NCBI GenBank assembly: GCA_016713365.1
Contig: JADJPG010000007.1
Location: 27,454 to 91,453, forward strand
Origin: Verrucomicrobiota bacterium
GTDB lineage: Bacteria > Verrucomicrobiota > Verrucomicrobiia > Limisphaerales > JADJPG01
Direction of reading: 5' to 3'
DNA: 64,000 nucleotides
Made by a program: the position numbers and the translations under genes. The notes under the pieces were generated by a model. The model did not search any database. It worked only from the letters and a program-made list of their open reading frames with translations, and had not been told where the DNA came from. Position 1 is the stretch's first letter, and every line of letters begins with the position of its first letter. Positions 42,863 to 52,829 of the stretch are shown here, piece after piece.

Positions 42863-43899
42863 GGCTTCGCCCCGCCCGCGGCAGGTTGCTTCGCCCGATA
42901 TTCCGCGAGCAGCTTCTCGACCTGGCTGAAGATGTCTTCCGGGATCAGTTTGCCGCGGATGTGCGGCCAGTACCACTCGGATGCCTTGCGCCACGCCGCC
43001 TCCGTCTCCGGAGTCAGTTTGTGAACGATAAGACCCTTTTCCTTCATCGCCTCGACGGCGCGATCGGCTTCCGCCCGGCCATTAATCTGATTTGCCTTCC
43101 GCGCTTCCTCCGCCGCCTTGAGCAATTCGTCCTTCGCTTCCGCCGGAATCTTGTCCCAAACGGATTTGCGGATCACGAACCCTCCGATGAGCGGCGCCCA
43201 GTTGATCTCCAGCATGTGGGGCGCCCGACTCGGCACCTGCATGGCCAGCGCCACGAACGGCGGCAGCGAAACGCTGTTGATGAGCCCGGTGTCGAGCATG
43301 GGGACAATGTCCGCCGTTTCGAGCGGCACGGGATTCAGCCCGCCCAGCTTCAGCATTTCGGTGAAGGCGGGATTCCCGGCCCAGGTGAACATCTTCGTCT
43401 TCTTCAAATCCTCCGGCGTGAGCATCGGCTGCTTGGAGAAGTAGCGCACCCAGCCCGTGTCGCCCCAGAACAACACCACAAAGCCCGCCTTCTCCATGCG
43501 CTGCGCCAGCACCGGACGCAGGTGCGCGCCGACGTAATCCACTTCATCGAGCGAGCGGAACATCATCGGGATGTTCTGCAACCCGGACACGGCCGGTTCG
43601 ATCTCCGACAAGCCAGTGACCGTGAGCAACGCGCAATCGAGCACGCCCAGTCGCATCTGGCTGACCATCTTCGCTTCGCCGCCCATTTTGCCGCCGGCGT
43701 AAATGCGCAGGTTCACGCCGCCGCCGGGTGCCTTGCGCCATTTCTCGCGCAGTTCGAGCAGCATCTTGTGATAAGACGTGCCTTCCGGGGCGAGCGTGCC
43801 AAGCGTGGCGTTGACGGGCGCCGCGGCAGCCGCTGATACCAGCAGCACCACGACCGCAGTGAAGCCAACGAGAGTTTTGAGATTCCTTAAACCAGTCAT
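42859..43899 (-). CDS. dctP: TRAP transporter periplasmic solute-binding protein (DctP family).
   Basis: Signal peptide followed by a DctP-fold sequence (RIYAGGKMGGE, FWGDTGW). The stop overlaps the start of the permease gene. Confidence 0.88.
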   Translation of the reverse strand: MTGLRNLKTLVGFTAVVVLLVSAAAAAPVNATLGTLAPEGTSYHKMLLELREKWRKAPGGGVNLRIYAGGKMGGEAKMVSQMRLGVLDCALLTVTGLSEIEPAVSGLQNIPMMFRSLDEVDYVGAHLRPVLAQRMEKAGFVVLFWGDTGWVRYFSKQPMLTPEDLKKTKMFTWAGNPAFTEMLKLGGLNPVPLETADIVPMLDTGLINSVSLPPFVALAMQVPSRAPHMLEINWAPLIGGFVIRKSVWDKIPAEAKDELLKAAEEARKANQINGRAEADRAVEAMKEKGLIVHKLTPETEAAWRKASEWYWPHIRGKLIPEDIFSQVEKLLAEYRAKQPAAGGAKP

Positions 43900-43906
43900 A
43901 CGCACA

Positions 43907-44869
43907 CTATTTGTCGTCTGTTTTCACGCCGCCAATAAACAAATCATCCACCCGCCCCAGCAACCAGCGCGCGCGGCGTTGCGCAACGAGATTCAACAAG
44001 CGCGATTCCGGGACGGCATCAGGGTTGATCGCCAGCGCCTTCTCCAGCAACGCCTGAAACTCCGCGCGGTTCTGCTTCTCCACGCTCACCGCCTCCGCGT
44101 AACTCACCAGCGGCGACGCCAGCTTTCCTTCGGACAACAACATCGCCCGATCGAAATGCTTCTTCGAACGCAGCGCTGGATCGCCCTGCAATCCCTGCCG
44201 CGCCATCTCGTACGAAATCAATACCCCGTGAATCGCCCCGCGATCGAAATCTTCGTCCAACTCCAGCGCGCGATCGATCAACGCCTCCACAATGAGCTGA
44301 TCCGAAACCAGCGCCGGATCATCCTTCGAGACAGAAATCGCTGAACCCCACGCCGCCGCCGTCCAGAACAGAAGCGGAACATCACCGACCTTCGCCGACT
44401 TCACTGCCACCTTGGGATTCTTGCGGAGCGTTTGCTCGAATCCCGGATGCCGTGCTTCCAATCCGCGCAGTCCGTAGCCACGCGCCCGCAAATACAACTT
44501 GCGAGCCCGCGTGCGCAACTTCGTCGCCGCCGCGATATCCGAATCCTCCATCTCATCGGCGTCCTGATTCACGAACGCGTAACCGTATTGAGTGAACCCG
44601 CTGCACGCCGCAAGAAGCAGACCCTGATGCCCGGGACTCTCCGCCAGCAGGCTTTCGATCAATTTCAGACTGAACGGAACCGCTGCCTTTACCAGCTCCG
44701 GATCATCGTCGGAGGCGAAGGCCGTTCCGCTGCCCGAGAGCGCATCACCGAGCTTGTTGATCGCCATCTTCTTGATCGAGCAACCGCTCAGCATCACCAC
44801 GCCAAGCACCAGCCCCACCCAGCGCAGCAGGAAGCGCGGGCTTAGGATTGTCATGGCAACGGCGTTCAT
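43907..44869 (-). CDS. TRAP-T-associated TatT-like lipoprotein (TPR-like).
   Basis: Lipobox LSGCS. The helical TPR-like body matches the TatT family, and the gene sits at the head of the TRAP operon. Confidence 0.7.
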   Translation of the reverse strand: MNAVAMTILSPRFLLRWVGLVLGVVMLSGCSIKKMAINKLGDALSGSGTAFASDDDPELVKAAVPFSLKLIESLLAESPGHQGLLLAACSGFTQYGYAFVNQDADEMEDSDIAAATKLRTRARKLYLRARGYGLRGLEARHPGFEQTLRKNPKVAVKSAKVGDVPLLFWTAAAWGSAISVSKDDPALVSDQLIVEALIDRALELDEDFDRGAIHGVLISYEMARQGLQGDPALRSKKHFDRAMLLSEGKLASPLVSYAEAVSVEKQNRAEFQALLEKALAINPDAVPESRLLNLVAQRRARWLLGRVDDLFIGGVKTDDK

Positions 44870-45113
44870 CGTGCGGAAGTTGTAGCCCAGCAGACGAAAG
44901 GAGCAAGCCTGCAAACCTGTCGCGAAAGCTTACATCCAAACGAGAAGTTACAAAGCCGTCCCGGAATTCTATTGGCCCGGTCGTCGGGGTTCTGTTAACC
45001 AAGGAGCCGTTCCGAGAAGAAGCCGATTCAAAGTCCGGCGGGGGAAAGCCGGAGCAATCGGCGGAGGGACAGCGGGAAACGATACAAGCATTCTTTAACT
45101 CACCAAACCGGGT

Positions 45114-47283
45114 ATGACCTACATCTACATTGGCCTCGCGGTCGTCGTCATTCTCTTCACGCTGCTCACGGCGCTGCTGTGCATCCGCAAGATTCATCCG
45201 GGCAAGGCCGGGCTCAGCGTCGGCCTCGGCGGATTGCGCGTGGCGTTCGACTACATGATCCGCCTGCCGGTCGTGCAGAGCTTCGAGGAGATGGATATCT
45301 CCGTGAAGAAGCTCGAAATCCACCGCAAGGGCAAGGACGGCCTCGTCTGCGCCGACAACATCCGCGCCGACATCACGGTGGCCTTCTACATCCGCGTGGA
45401 TGCAACGGAGGAAAGCGTGCGCAAGGTCGCCCAGATGCTCACGCCGGATCGTGTGTCTGACTTGAACCAGTTGCGCGAACTGTTCGAGGCGAAGTTCTCC
45501 GAGGCGCTGAAGACCGCCGGCAAACAGATGAAGTTTCACGAACTGTTCACCGAGCGCATCAAGTTCCGCGATCAGATTCAGGCGACCATCGGCAAGGACC
45601 TCGACGGCTTCCTGCTTCAGGACGTGGCCATCGATTATCTCGAACAGACGCCGCTCGATCAGCACGACCCGAACAACGTGCTCGACTCCGAGGGCATCAA
45701 GAAGATCACCGAAATCACCCAGCGCGAGCGCGTCATCTCGAACGAATTCACCCAGCGCGCCCAGGTGCAGGTGGAAAAGGAAAACGCCGACGCCGACATC
45801 GCCAAGCGCGAGCAACGTCGCCGCAACGAGGAAGACACCGCCAAGCAGACCCGTGCCATCACCGAGATCAAGGCCAACGAAGAAGCAGAGGCCCGCAAGG
45901 TCATCGAAGCGCGCCGGCAGGAAGTGGAAGGCAAACGCCTCGAAGCCGAGGAATCCATCCGTCTGCGCACCGAGGACATGAACCGCGCCGTCCAGGAACG
46001 CGAGTTCACGGTGAAGAAGGAGAAGCAGCGTCTGGAACAGGAAGCCGTGCAGGAAGGCGAGGAAGCCCGCGTGCGCCGGGAGCGTTCCGTGTCGCTGGCC
46101 GAGATGGACAAGGAAGTGAAAGTTGCCGAAGCCGGCGTCGAGGTGGAACGCAAACGCGCCGTCGTCGTCGCCGAACAAAAGGCCGTCGTGCAGCAGGAGG
46201 AAGAGAAGCTGAACATCGAGGCCAGAATGACCGCCCAGCGCGTCAGCGAAGTCACGCTCATCGAGGCCGAAATGAACGCGAAGAAGAATCAGGTCGAGAA
46301 AGTCGTCGCGTCCGAGGCGCACAAGGATTCCGAACGCAATCTCGCCGAGGCGGAGAAAATCAAGACCATCACCGCCGCGGAGGCAGCGCGGGAAGCCGCC
46401 CTGCGCGAAGCCGAGCGCCTGCAAACCATGGCCGACGCCGAAGCGAAAGCTTCGGACAAGCATCGCCACGCCGCCGAGCAGGAAGCCGAAGGCATCGCTG
46501 CGAAGGAAGCGGCCCACGGCATGGCTGAGGCCCGGGTCATCACCGCCAAGGCCACTGCCAAGAAAGCGGACGCATCCGCCATCAAGGAAGTCGGACTCGC
46601 TGAAGCCGAGGTGACCAAGGCGAAGGGAGCCGTTCACGCCGAAGTGACCGAGAGCCAGGCGGAGGCTGAAGCGGAGGGCACGAAGGACAGCGAACTGGCG
46701 CCGCCACCGGCATCGAGGCCCGCGGTCAGCCGAGGCCAAGGCCATCCAACAGAAGGCCGAGGCCATGAAGCTTCTGCACGAAGCCGGTCGCGAGCATGAG
46801 GAGTTCAAGCTCCGCCTCGCCAAGGAACGCGACGTCGATCTCGCGGCCATCCACGTCCAGAAGGACATCGCGCAGGCGAATTCCTCCATCGTGGCCGAGG
46901 CGCTCAAGTCGGCGCACATCGACATCGTGGGCGGCGAGAACGACTTCTTCGAGAAGGTCGTGCGCGCCGTCGGCACCGGCAAATCCGTGGACCGCATGGT
47001 GGACAACAGCCGCACACTCACCGACATCAAGAGCACGTTCTTCAACGGCGACGCGGACTACTTCAAAACGCAGCTCCGCCAGTGGATCGCCGACTTCGGC
47101 ATTTCCTCCGAAGACGTGAAGAACCTCACTGTGGCCGCGTTGCTCGGCAAACTCATGGCGTCGAGCAAGGACTCGTCGGTGAAGGGCTTGCTGAAGTCCG
47201 CCCTCGCGATGGCGAAGGAGAGCGGACTGGCCAATGTACCGGCAGCGGAAGCGTTGGAGTCGCGAACCGTGGTGAAGTCGTGA
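45114..47283 (+). CDS. Flotillin-family (SPFH/band 7, YqiK-like) membrane protein with a long Glu/Ala-rich coiled coil. The gene is interrupted by two 1-bp deletions about 30 bp apart (around 46697 and 46726).
   Basis: N-terminal TM IGLAVVVILFTLLTALL, SPFH domain, and an EA-rich coiled coil. The flotillin C-terminal domain (...AEAKAIQQKAEAMKLLHEAGREHEEFKLRLAKERD...) continues in ORF 46765-47283 after a net -2 frame change. Confidence 0.8.
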
Positions 47284-47311
47284 TTACGGCGCGAAGCGCC
47301 GTTCGCTTCTG

Positions 47312-50032
47312 ATGCCTGACGAACCCAAAACGCCGGCTGCTGCTCCGGACTCCGCGAAACCGGACGCTCCCGCCGCGCCTTCCACTGCCCAGACGCTCGG
47401 CAGCGCGACGTATGAAATCATCCGGCAGCGGCTCCAGACACAGGGCAATCTGCTGCGAGAGCGGATGTCGCAACTTGATGCGCGCCGGACGGAAGTCTTC
47501 GGCTCCATCGAGTTCAAGCTGTTGCAGGCAGACCGCGTCGTCACGTCGCACAACTGCGTGCCGCGCGACATGGTCCAGCTCGGGCACGGGCGGTTCCTGT
47601 TCGGGTTCAACGTCCGCTTCGGGCTCAAGAAGGAGATGGAACTCGGCGACGTGTTCGCAGTGTACCGACGGGACGAGGCCACCGGCACGTTCAAGGAAGA
47701 CAGCCTCGATGTGCTCAACGATCCGCAGTTCCTCGCCGACTTCAAGCGGCTCTACAACGTCTATGAAAAGACGGCGCTGCGGAAGTTTGCAGTCATTGGC
47801 GGCAAACTGTTCATCAAGTTCGGCACCGGCCCGGGGCTAAACGATTTCGCCGCGGTCAAGTGGGAGTTCAACGACGGCAATCTCCGTTATCTTGATGGCC
47901 GGGCGGAGGCCGAGTATCGCCGCATCGCTTACCCGGCCGCCCACGAGTTCCGCTGGCAGACGCCCGATCGGGAATCGTACCGCTATGGTGACCATCCGCA
48001 CATCTCCATCGCGGACCGTGTCTTCGTTGAATGCGTCGGTGGCGATCTCACAATCAAGGTCGAGGACAACACCGCGACCGGCGAAGGCATCTACGCCGAG
48101 CCGGTGGACGACAAGTATCAGAAGGTGGATGACGCCGAGATTGCCTACGGCATCGTCGGTCACCTGATCCTGCTGCGGATTCGTCCCTACAAGGAGCAGG
48201 CCGCCCGTTACTTCATCTTCAACGAAAAGCAGCAGACGGCGGTGCGCGTCGATTCCATCGGCCAGTCCTGCGTTCTGCTGCCCGAGGAGCACGGCCTGAT
48301 TTTTCCCGACGGCTACTATCTCGCGACCGGCGAACTCAAACGCTTCGAGACACGCGACAGTGGAATGGTCATCGAGCGCGTGGTTCACGCGCCGAACGGA
48401 GAGGACGTCCTCTACGTCTTCTACAACCGGCTCACTGGCGACTACGCGCTCATGCCCTACCGGCTGATTCAGCAGAAGGTCGAGGAACGTGTGAGCTGCA
48501 ACGGCTTCTCGCTTTTCCCGAACGGCCATCTCGTGCTCTTCCGCGCCGACGCCGAGCCGCAGAAGCATCACATGATTCAACTGCGGCAGACGCCCTTCTA
48601 CCAGCCCGGCCACGAGCCGGAGGGACAGAAGGACGCCTTCCTCTACCAAGTCGGGAACAAGGAGGTCGTGCGCTGTCTCGCGGAGTGCAACGAGGTGCTG
48701 ACGCTCGTGCGAAAGGACAATCCTTACGCGGAACTCTACGTCGACCTGACCAAACGTTGCAGCGCGATCGTCGATTCGTATCCGTGGCTCAGCAGCGCGG
48801 ATGGTTTTCAAGTCGATGCCGCATTGCGCGCCGTTCGCGAAGCGGCGGACAAGGCGGTCGATGAGTTCGACAAGGTCCGCCGACTTCAGCGCGAAGCCAC
48901 GCAACGCGTGAAGGACGTGCGCAAGCGTTGCGAAGAACGCTTCCAGACTTTGCGCCGGGCCAGCTTCAACAAGCTGGAAGACTTCGTCCACAACCTCACC
49001 GCGCTGCGCCATCTCCGCGGTGAACTCATCACGCTCAAGGAAGTTCGCTACGTCGATCTCGCGCAGGTCGAGGAATCCGAGAAAGCCGTCACCGCGCAGA
49101 CGGATGAGCTCGCGAAGTCGTGCGTGAAGTTCCTGCTCCAGCCCGCCGCGCTGGAGCCGTATCGCAAGCAAGCCGACGCGCAGCTCGCCGCCGTGGAGAA
49201 GGTGACGAAGGTCGCCGACGGCCGAAAGATCGAGAAAGCCGTTTCGGACGCCGGCAGCGAGTTGGAGCTGCTCATCGAGATCGTCAATAGCCTGAAAATC
49301 GAGGACGCCACCGAGACCACGCGCATCATCGACAGCATCACAGCGATTTACTCGACGCTGAACCAGGTGAAGGCGGCGTTGAAGAAGCACCTGCATTCGT
49401 TGATTGCGTCCGAAGGCGCGGCGCAGTTCGGCGCGCAGATGAAGCTACTCAGCCAGTCCGCCGCGAGCTACCTCGATCTCAGCGACACGCCAGCCAAGTG
49501 CGACGAGTATCTCAATCGCCTCACCGTCCAGTTGGAGGAGTTGGAGGGCGCGTTCGCAGACTTTGAGGAATACACCGTCGAGCTGGCCGAGAAGCGCACG
49601 TCGCTCTACGAAGCCTTCGAGCAGCGAAAGGTCGCGCTCGTCGAGCAACGCAACCGCAAGTCGTCCGCGCAGCTTTCCGCCGCCGAGCGCATCCTGAAGG
49701 TGATTCAGAACCGGCTCGCTGGCTTCAAGTCTGTCGAGGACATCAACACCTACATGGCGTCCGACCTGATGATCGCGAAGGTGCGCGAGATCATCGGGCA
49801 GTTGCTGGCGCTAGGCGATTCGGTGAAGGCCGACGATCTGCAAGGCCGACTGAAGAGCGTGCAACAGGAGGCGGTGCGGCAGTTGAAGGATCGCAACGAG
49901 CTGTTCGCGGGCGGCTCGACGGTCATCCAGCTCGGCAAGCATCGCTTCAACATCAACACGCAGCCGCTCGACCTGACCGTGGTGAACCGCGACGGCGTGC
50001 AGCACATCCACCTGACGAGCACGAAATATTAG
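47312..50032 (+). CDS. Large hypothetical protein (906 aa) with an N-terminal beta-rich region and a C-terminal roughly 450-aa coiled coil.
   Basis: Intact ORF with genome-typical codon usage and a Pro/Ala-rich N-terminus. No catalytic motifs recognised. The start lies 29 bp after the flotillin stop. Confidence 0.75.
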   Translation: MPDEPKTPAAAPDSAKPDAPAAPSTAQTLGSATYEIIRQRLQTQGNLLRERMSQLDARRTEVFGSIEFKLLQADRVVTSHNCVPRDMVQLGHGRFLFGFNVRFGLKKEMELGDVFAVYRRDEATGTFKEDSLDVLNDPQFLADFKRLYNVYEKTALRKFAVIGGKLFIKFGTGPGLNDFAAVKWEFNDGNLRYLDGRAEAEYRRIAYPAAHEFRWQTPDRESYRYGDHPHISIADRVFVECVGGDLTIKVEDNTATGEGIYAEPVDDKYQKVDDAEIAYGIVGHLILLRIRPYKEQAARYFIFNEKQQTAVRVDSIGQSCVLLPEEHGLIFPDGYYLATGELKRFETRDSGMVIERVVHAPNGEDVLYVFYNRLTGDYALMPYRLIQQKVEERVSCNGFSLFPNGHLVLFRADAEPQKHHMIQLRQTPFYQPGHEPEGQKDAFLYQVGNKEVVRCLAECNEVLTLVRKDNPYAELYVDLTKRCSAIVDSYPWLSSADGFQVDAALRAVREAADKAVDEFDKVRRLQREATQRVKDVRKRCEERFQTLRRASFNKLEDFVHNLTALRHLRGELITLKEVRYVDLAQVEESEKAVTAQTDELAKSCVKFLLQPAALEPYRKQADAQLAAVEKVTKVADGRKIEKAVSDAGSELELLIEIVNSLKIEDATETTRIIDSITAIYSTLNQVKAALKKHLHSLIASEGAAQFGAQMKLLSQSAASYLDLSDTPAKCDEYLNRLTVQLEELEGAFADFEEYTVELAEKRTSLYEAFEQRKVALVEQRNRKSSAQLSAAERILKVIQNRLAGFKSVEDINTYMASDLMIAKVREIIGQLLALGDSVKADDLQGRLKSVQQEAVRQLKDRNELFAGGSTVIQLGKHRFNINTQPLDLTVVNRDGVQHIHLTSTKY

Positions 50033-50043
50033 AGAACCGCGAC

Positions 50044-50886
50044 GTGTATCGCGGCGAGTATCTGGCGTGGCAGTTGTTGAAGACATTTGATTCCCGTAGC
50101 AGCGGACGTGAGTCCGCTCATTCTGGCTCTGCGACAGGAGATCAGAGCCGACTCACGTCGGCTGCTACGTCTGAAGAGCAGCGCCTCACGCTCATCCAGG
50201 AATTCATCGACGCCCGATACCACGAGGGCTACACGAAAGGGATCCACGATCTCGACGGCGAACGCATCTTCCGCGTGCTGCTCGAAACGCACACCGCGTT
50301 GCAACTGGCGCGTTACCATCCGACCGCCCGCGCCTGCGCGCTGGTTTACTGGCATCGCTTCTGCCCGGCGGAGACGCGCACGCTCTGGTCCGCCAAGCTC
50401 AAGGGCTTCGCCGTCCGCAACCGACTCTTTCCCGGCGACCCAGCGCAGCAGGATTACATCAACACTCTCCAAGCGCTGATCGCCGCCTTCGCGGAGCAGA
50501 CCAAGCTGTTCCCCGCAGCTGTTTCAACGGCTGCTGGCGAGTATCTCTTCCACGAGCTGATCACCGGCGATGCTTTCGTGATCAGCAACGAGGCCGATCA
50601 ACTGGTGGCTGCCTTCAATCAACAACTCGCCACGAAAGGCAGCGAAGATGAATTCAAGCAGGCCCGCGCCGCACTCGCGGACCATCCGGCCAGCGAGCTG
50701 GAACTGGTTCGCGACTGGGTGAGGGGGTTCCTCTTCCCGGAGCAGGACGTGAGTCCGCTCAGTCTAGCTCTGCGACAGGAGATCAGAGCCGACTCACGTC
50801 CGCTGCTACGAGCGACAGAATGCTCTTCGCCGACGAGGTCGTCGCTATCCTTTTCTGCGGCGATGGCTTCGAGCGATCGGTCGTGA
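50044..50886 (+). CDS. Hypothetical protein (GTG start). Its true 3' end is probably near 50740. Both ends of the gene contain the 75-bp palindromic element.
   Basis: ORF 50044-50886. Residues 17-42 and the segment before the ORF3 start are direct translations of the palindromic repeat (DSRSSGRESAHSGSATGDQSRLTSAATS and VSPLSLALRQEIRADSRPLLRATE). The tail past 50811 is probably out-of-frame read-through. Confidence 0.45.
   Translation: MYRGEYLAWQLLKTFDSRSSGRESAHSGSATGDQSRLTSAATSEEQRLTLIQEFIDARYHEGYTKGIHDLDGERIFRVLLETHTALQLARYHPTARACALVYWHRFCPAETRTLWSAKLKGFAVRNRLFPGDPAQQDYINTLQALIAAFAEQTKLFPAAVSTAAGEYLFHELITGDAFVISNEADQLVAAFNQQLATKGSEDEFKQARAALADHPASELELVRDWVRGFLFPEQDVSPLSLALRQEIRADSRPLLRATECSSPTRSSLSFSAAMASSDRS
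50095..50169. repeat. 75-bp nested palindromic element, copy 1.
   Basis: CGTAGCAGCGGACGTGAGTCCGCTC-loop-GAGCCGACTCACGTCGGCTGCTACG, with an inner CTCTG...CAGAG hairpin in the loop. Confidence 0.7.
50738..50810. repeat. 75-bp nested palindromic element, copy 2 (about 90% identical to copy 1, same orientation).
   Basis: GCAGGACGTGAGTCCGCTCagtctaGCTCTGCGACAGGAGATCAGAGCCGACTCACGTCCGCTGCTACG. It ends 9 bp before the ATG at 50820. Confidence 0.7.
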
Positions 50887-52811
50887 AAGCCGGGACCGCG
50901 CATGTTCTCGAAGGGATGAAGGGCGCGCACGCCGTGATTCGCGAGAACAAGTATCACTTCGATTACCTCGCGTTCACCGAAAAGCTCCAGCACTTCGAGC
51001 GCGACGTGGTGCCACGCTTCCAGGCGTTCCATCAACTCAAGACCCAGCTCATCGAGCGCGAGCGCGCCAAGCTGCGGCTGGATGAACTCAAGCCGCGCGT
51101 GCTCACGTCGTTCGTGCGCAACCAGCTGATCGATCAGGTTTACCTGCCGCTGGTCGGCGACAACCTCGCCAAGCAGATCGGCGCCGCCGGGGATCAGAAG
51201 CGGACGGACCTGATGGGCCTGCTGCTGCTCATCTCGCCGCCCGGTTATGGCAAGACGACGTTGATGGAATACGTCGCGAGCCGGCTCGGAATCATCTTCG
51301 TGAAGATCAACGGCCCGGCCATCGGCCACGCCGTCACGGCGCTCGATCCCGAGGAGGCGCCGAACGCCGCTGCGCGCGAAGAAATCCAGAAGCTGAACCT
51401 CGCGCTGGAGATGGGCGACAACGTGATGATCTGCGTGGACGACATCCAGCACTGCAACCCGGAGTTCCTGCAGAAGTTCATCTCGCTCTGCGACGGCCAG
51501 CGGAAGATCGAGGGCGTCTGGCGCGGGAAGCCGCGCACCTACGACCTGCGCGGGCGCAAGGTCGTGGTGGTGATGGCGGGCAATCCCTACACCGAAAGCG
51601 GCCAGAAGTTCAAACTGCCCGACATGCTGGCGAACCGCGCCGACACCTACAATCTCGGCGACATCATTGGCGGCAGCGCCGAGTGGTTCAAGGCAAGCTA
51701 CCTGGAGAACGCCATGACCTCCAACGCCGCGCTTGCGCCGCTGGCCAACAGAGCCAGAGGACATCCGCCCTTCATCCGCATGGCGCAGACGGGCGAACGC
51801 GAAGCGGAAGGTTTCGAGGGCAGCTACTCGCAGCAGGAGGTCGAGGAGATTCTTGGCGTGATGAAGAAGCTGGTAAAGATTCGCGACATCGTGCTGCGCG
51901 TGAACCAGGAATACATCCACTCCGCCGCGCAGGCCGACGAGTTCCGCACCGAGCCGCCGTTCCGCCTGCAAGGTTCGTATCGCAACATGAACCGGCTGGC
52001 CGAGAAGGTCGTGCCGATCATGAACGATGACGAGGTGCAGGCGCTCATTATCGACCACTATCGCAGCGAATCCCAGAACCTCACCACCGGTGCCGAGTCG
52101 AATTACCTGAAGTTCCGCGAAATGGTCGACGTGCAGACGCCGGCCGAGAAGGCTCGCTGGGAGGAGATCAAATCCACCTTCAAGCGCAACATGCTCGCGC
52201 GCGGTGGCAGCGATTCGGACCCGGTGGGCCGCGTCGTGGCGCAGCTCGCGGATTTCCGCGGAGGCCTGCAGTCCATCGGCGAGACGATTGAGCGGCAGAT
52301 GTCGAAGCCGGCCGCGCCGCTCAAAGTAGATCTGGGGCCGTTGAGTCAGACGCTGGAAGCGCTACGCAGCGCAGTGGAGCAACGCTTGTCTGCGCCGACG
52401 GGTTCGACTGCGGCCACTGCGTCGGAAGGCAACGGCCTTGGCCGACAGCTCGCTGAGGGGCTGACTGCGTTGCGCGAGGATTTGAACCGCGCCATTTCGG
52501 TCGTTCACACCGGCACGATGGCCGAGGCGATGAAGCGCATGGAGCACGAGATGGAAATGGTCCACAGCACACTCGCCAGCCTCAAGGACATGACAGCGCA
52601 GCAGCGCGACCACTTGCGCCAAGCACAGGAACTTCTCGCTACGCGCGCGAAGCAGGGCGTCGTCGAAATCGAACTCACCCAGGAGATGCTGACGAACGAG
52701 CGCGCCTTCCTCGACAAGTTTCACCAGGCTCTCGAACAGACCGCGCAGCCGTCCCCCACACCGCCACCGTTGCCGGAAAAGCCGGCCGGAGGTGGACCGA
52801 AAGCCGGATAA
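50820..52811 (+). CDS. MoxR/McrB-like AAA+ (AAA_5) ATPase with an extended C-terminal region.
   Basis: Walker A LLISPPGYGKTTL; Walker B VMICVDDIQHCNPEF; sensor block VVVVMAGNPYTESGQKFKLPDMLANRADTYNL; Pro-rich C-terminus. 663 aa. Confidence 0.8.
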   Translation: MLFADEVVAILFCGDGFERSVVKAGTAHVLEGMKGAHAVIRENKYHFDYLAFTEKLQHFERDVVPRFQAFHQLKTQLIERERAKLRLDELKPRVLTSFVRNQLIDQVYLPLVGDNLAKQIGAAGDQKRTDLMGLLLLISPPGYGKTTLMEYVASRLGIIFVKINGPAIGHAVTALDPEEAPNAAAREEIQKLNLALEMGDNVMICVDDIQHCNPEFLQKFISLCDGQRKIEGVWRGKPRTYDLRGRKVVVVMAGNPYTESGQKFKLPDMLANRADTYNLGDIIGGSAEWFKASYLENAMTSNAALAPLANRARGHPPFIRMAQTGEREAEGFEGSYSQQEVEEILGVMKKLVKIRDIVLRVNQEYIHSAAQADEFRTEPPFRLQGSYRNMNRLAEKVVPIMNDDEVQALIIDHYRSESQNLTTGAESNYLKFREMVDVQTPAEKARWEEIKSTFKRNMLARGGSDSDPVGRVVAQLADFRGGLQSIGETIERQMSKPAAPLKVDLGPLSQTLEALRSAVEQRLSAPTGSTAATASEGNGLGRQLAEGLTALREDLNRAISVVHTGTMAEAMKRMEHEMEMVHSTLASLKDMTAQQRDHLRQAQELLATRAKQGVVEIELTQEMLTNERAFLDKFHQALEQTAQPSPTPPPLPEKPAGGGPKAG

Positions 52812-52829
52812 CCAATCGGAGACATCCTC

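Noticed and set aside
44745-47045. Minus-strand 766-aa ORF.
   Set aside because: Antisense to the flotillin gene. Its Leu/Ala/Phe/Gly-rich periodic sequence reflects the EA-rich coiled-coil codons of the sense strand.
47837-49396. Minus-strand 519-aa ORF.
   Set aside because: Antisense to the 906-aa coiled-coil protein gene.
50619-52058. Minus-strand 479-aa ORF.
   Set aside because: Antisense to the AAA+ ATPase gene.
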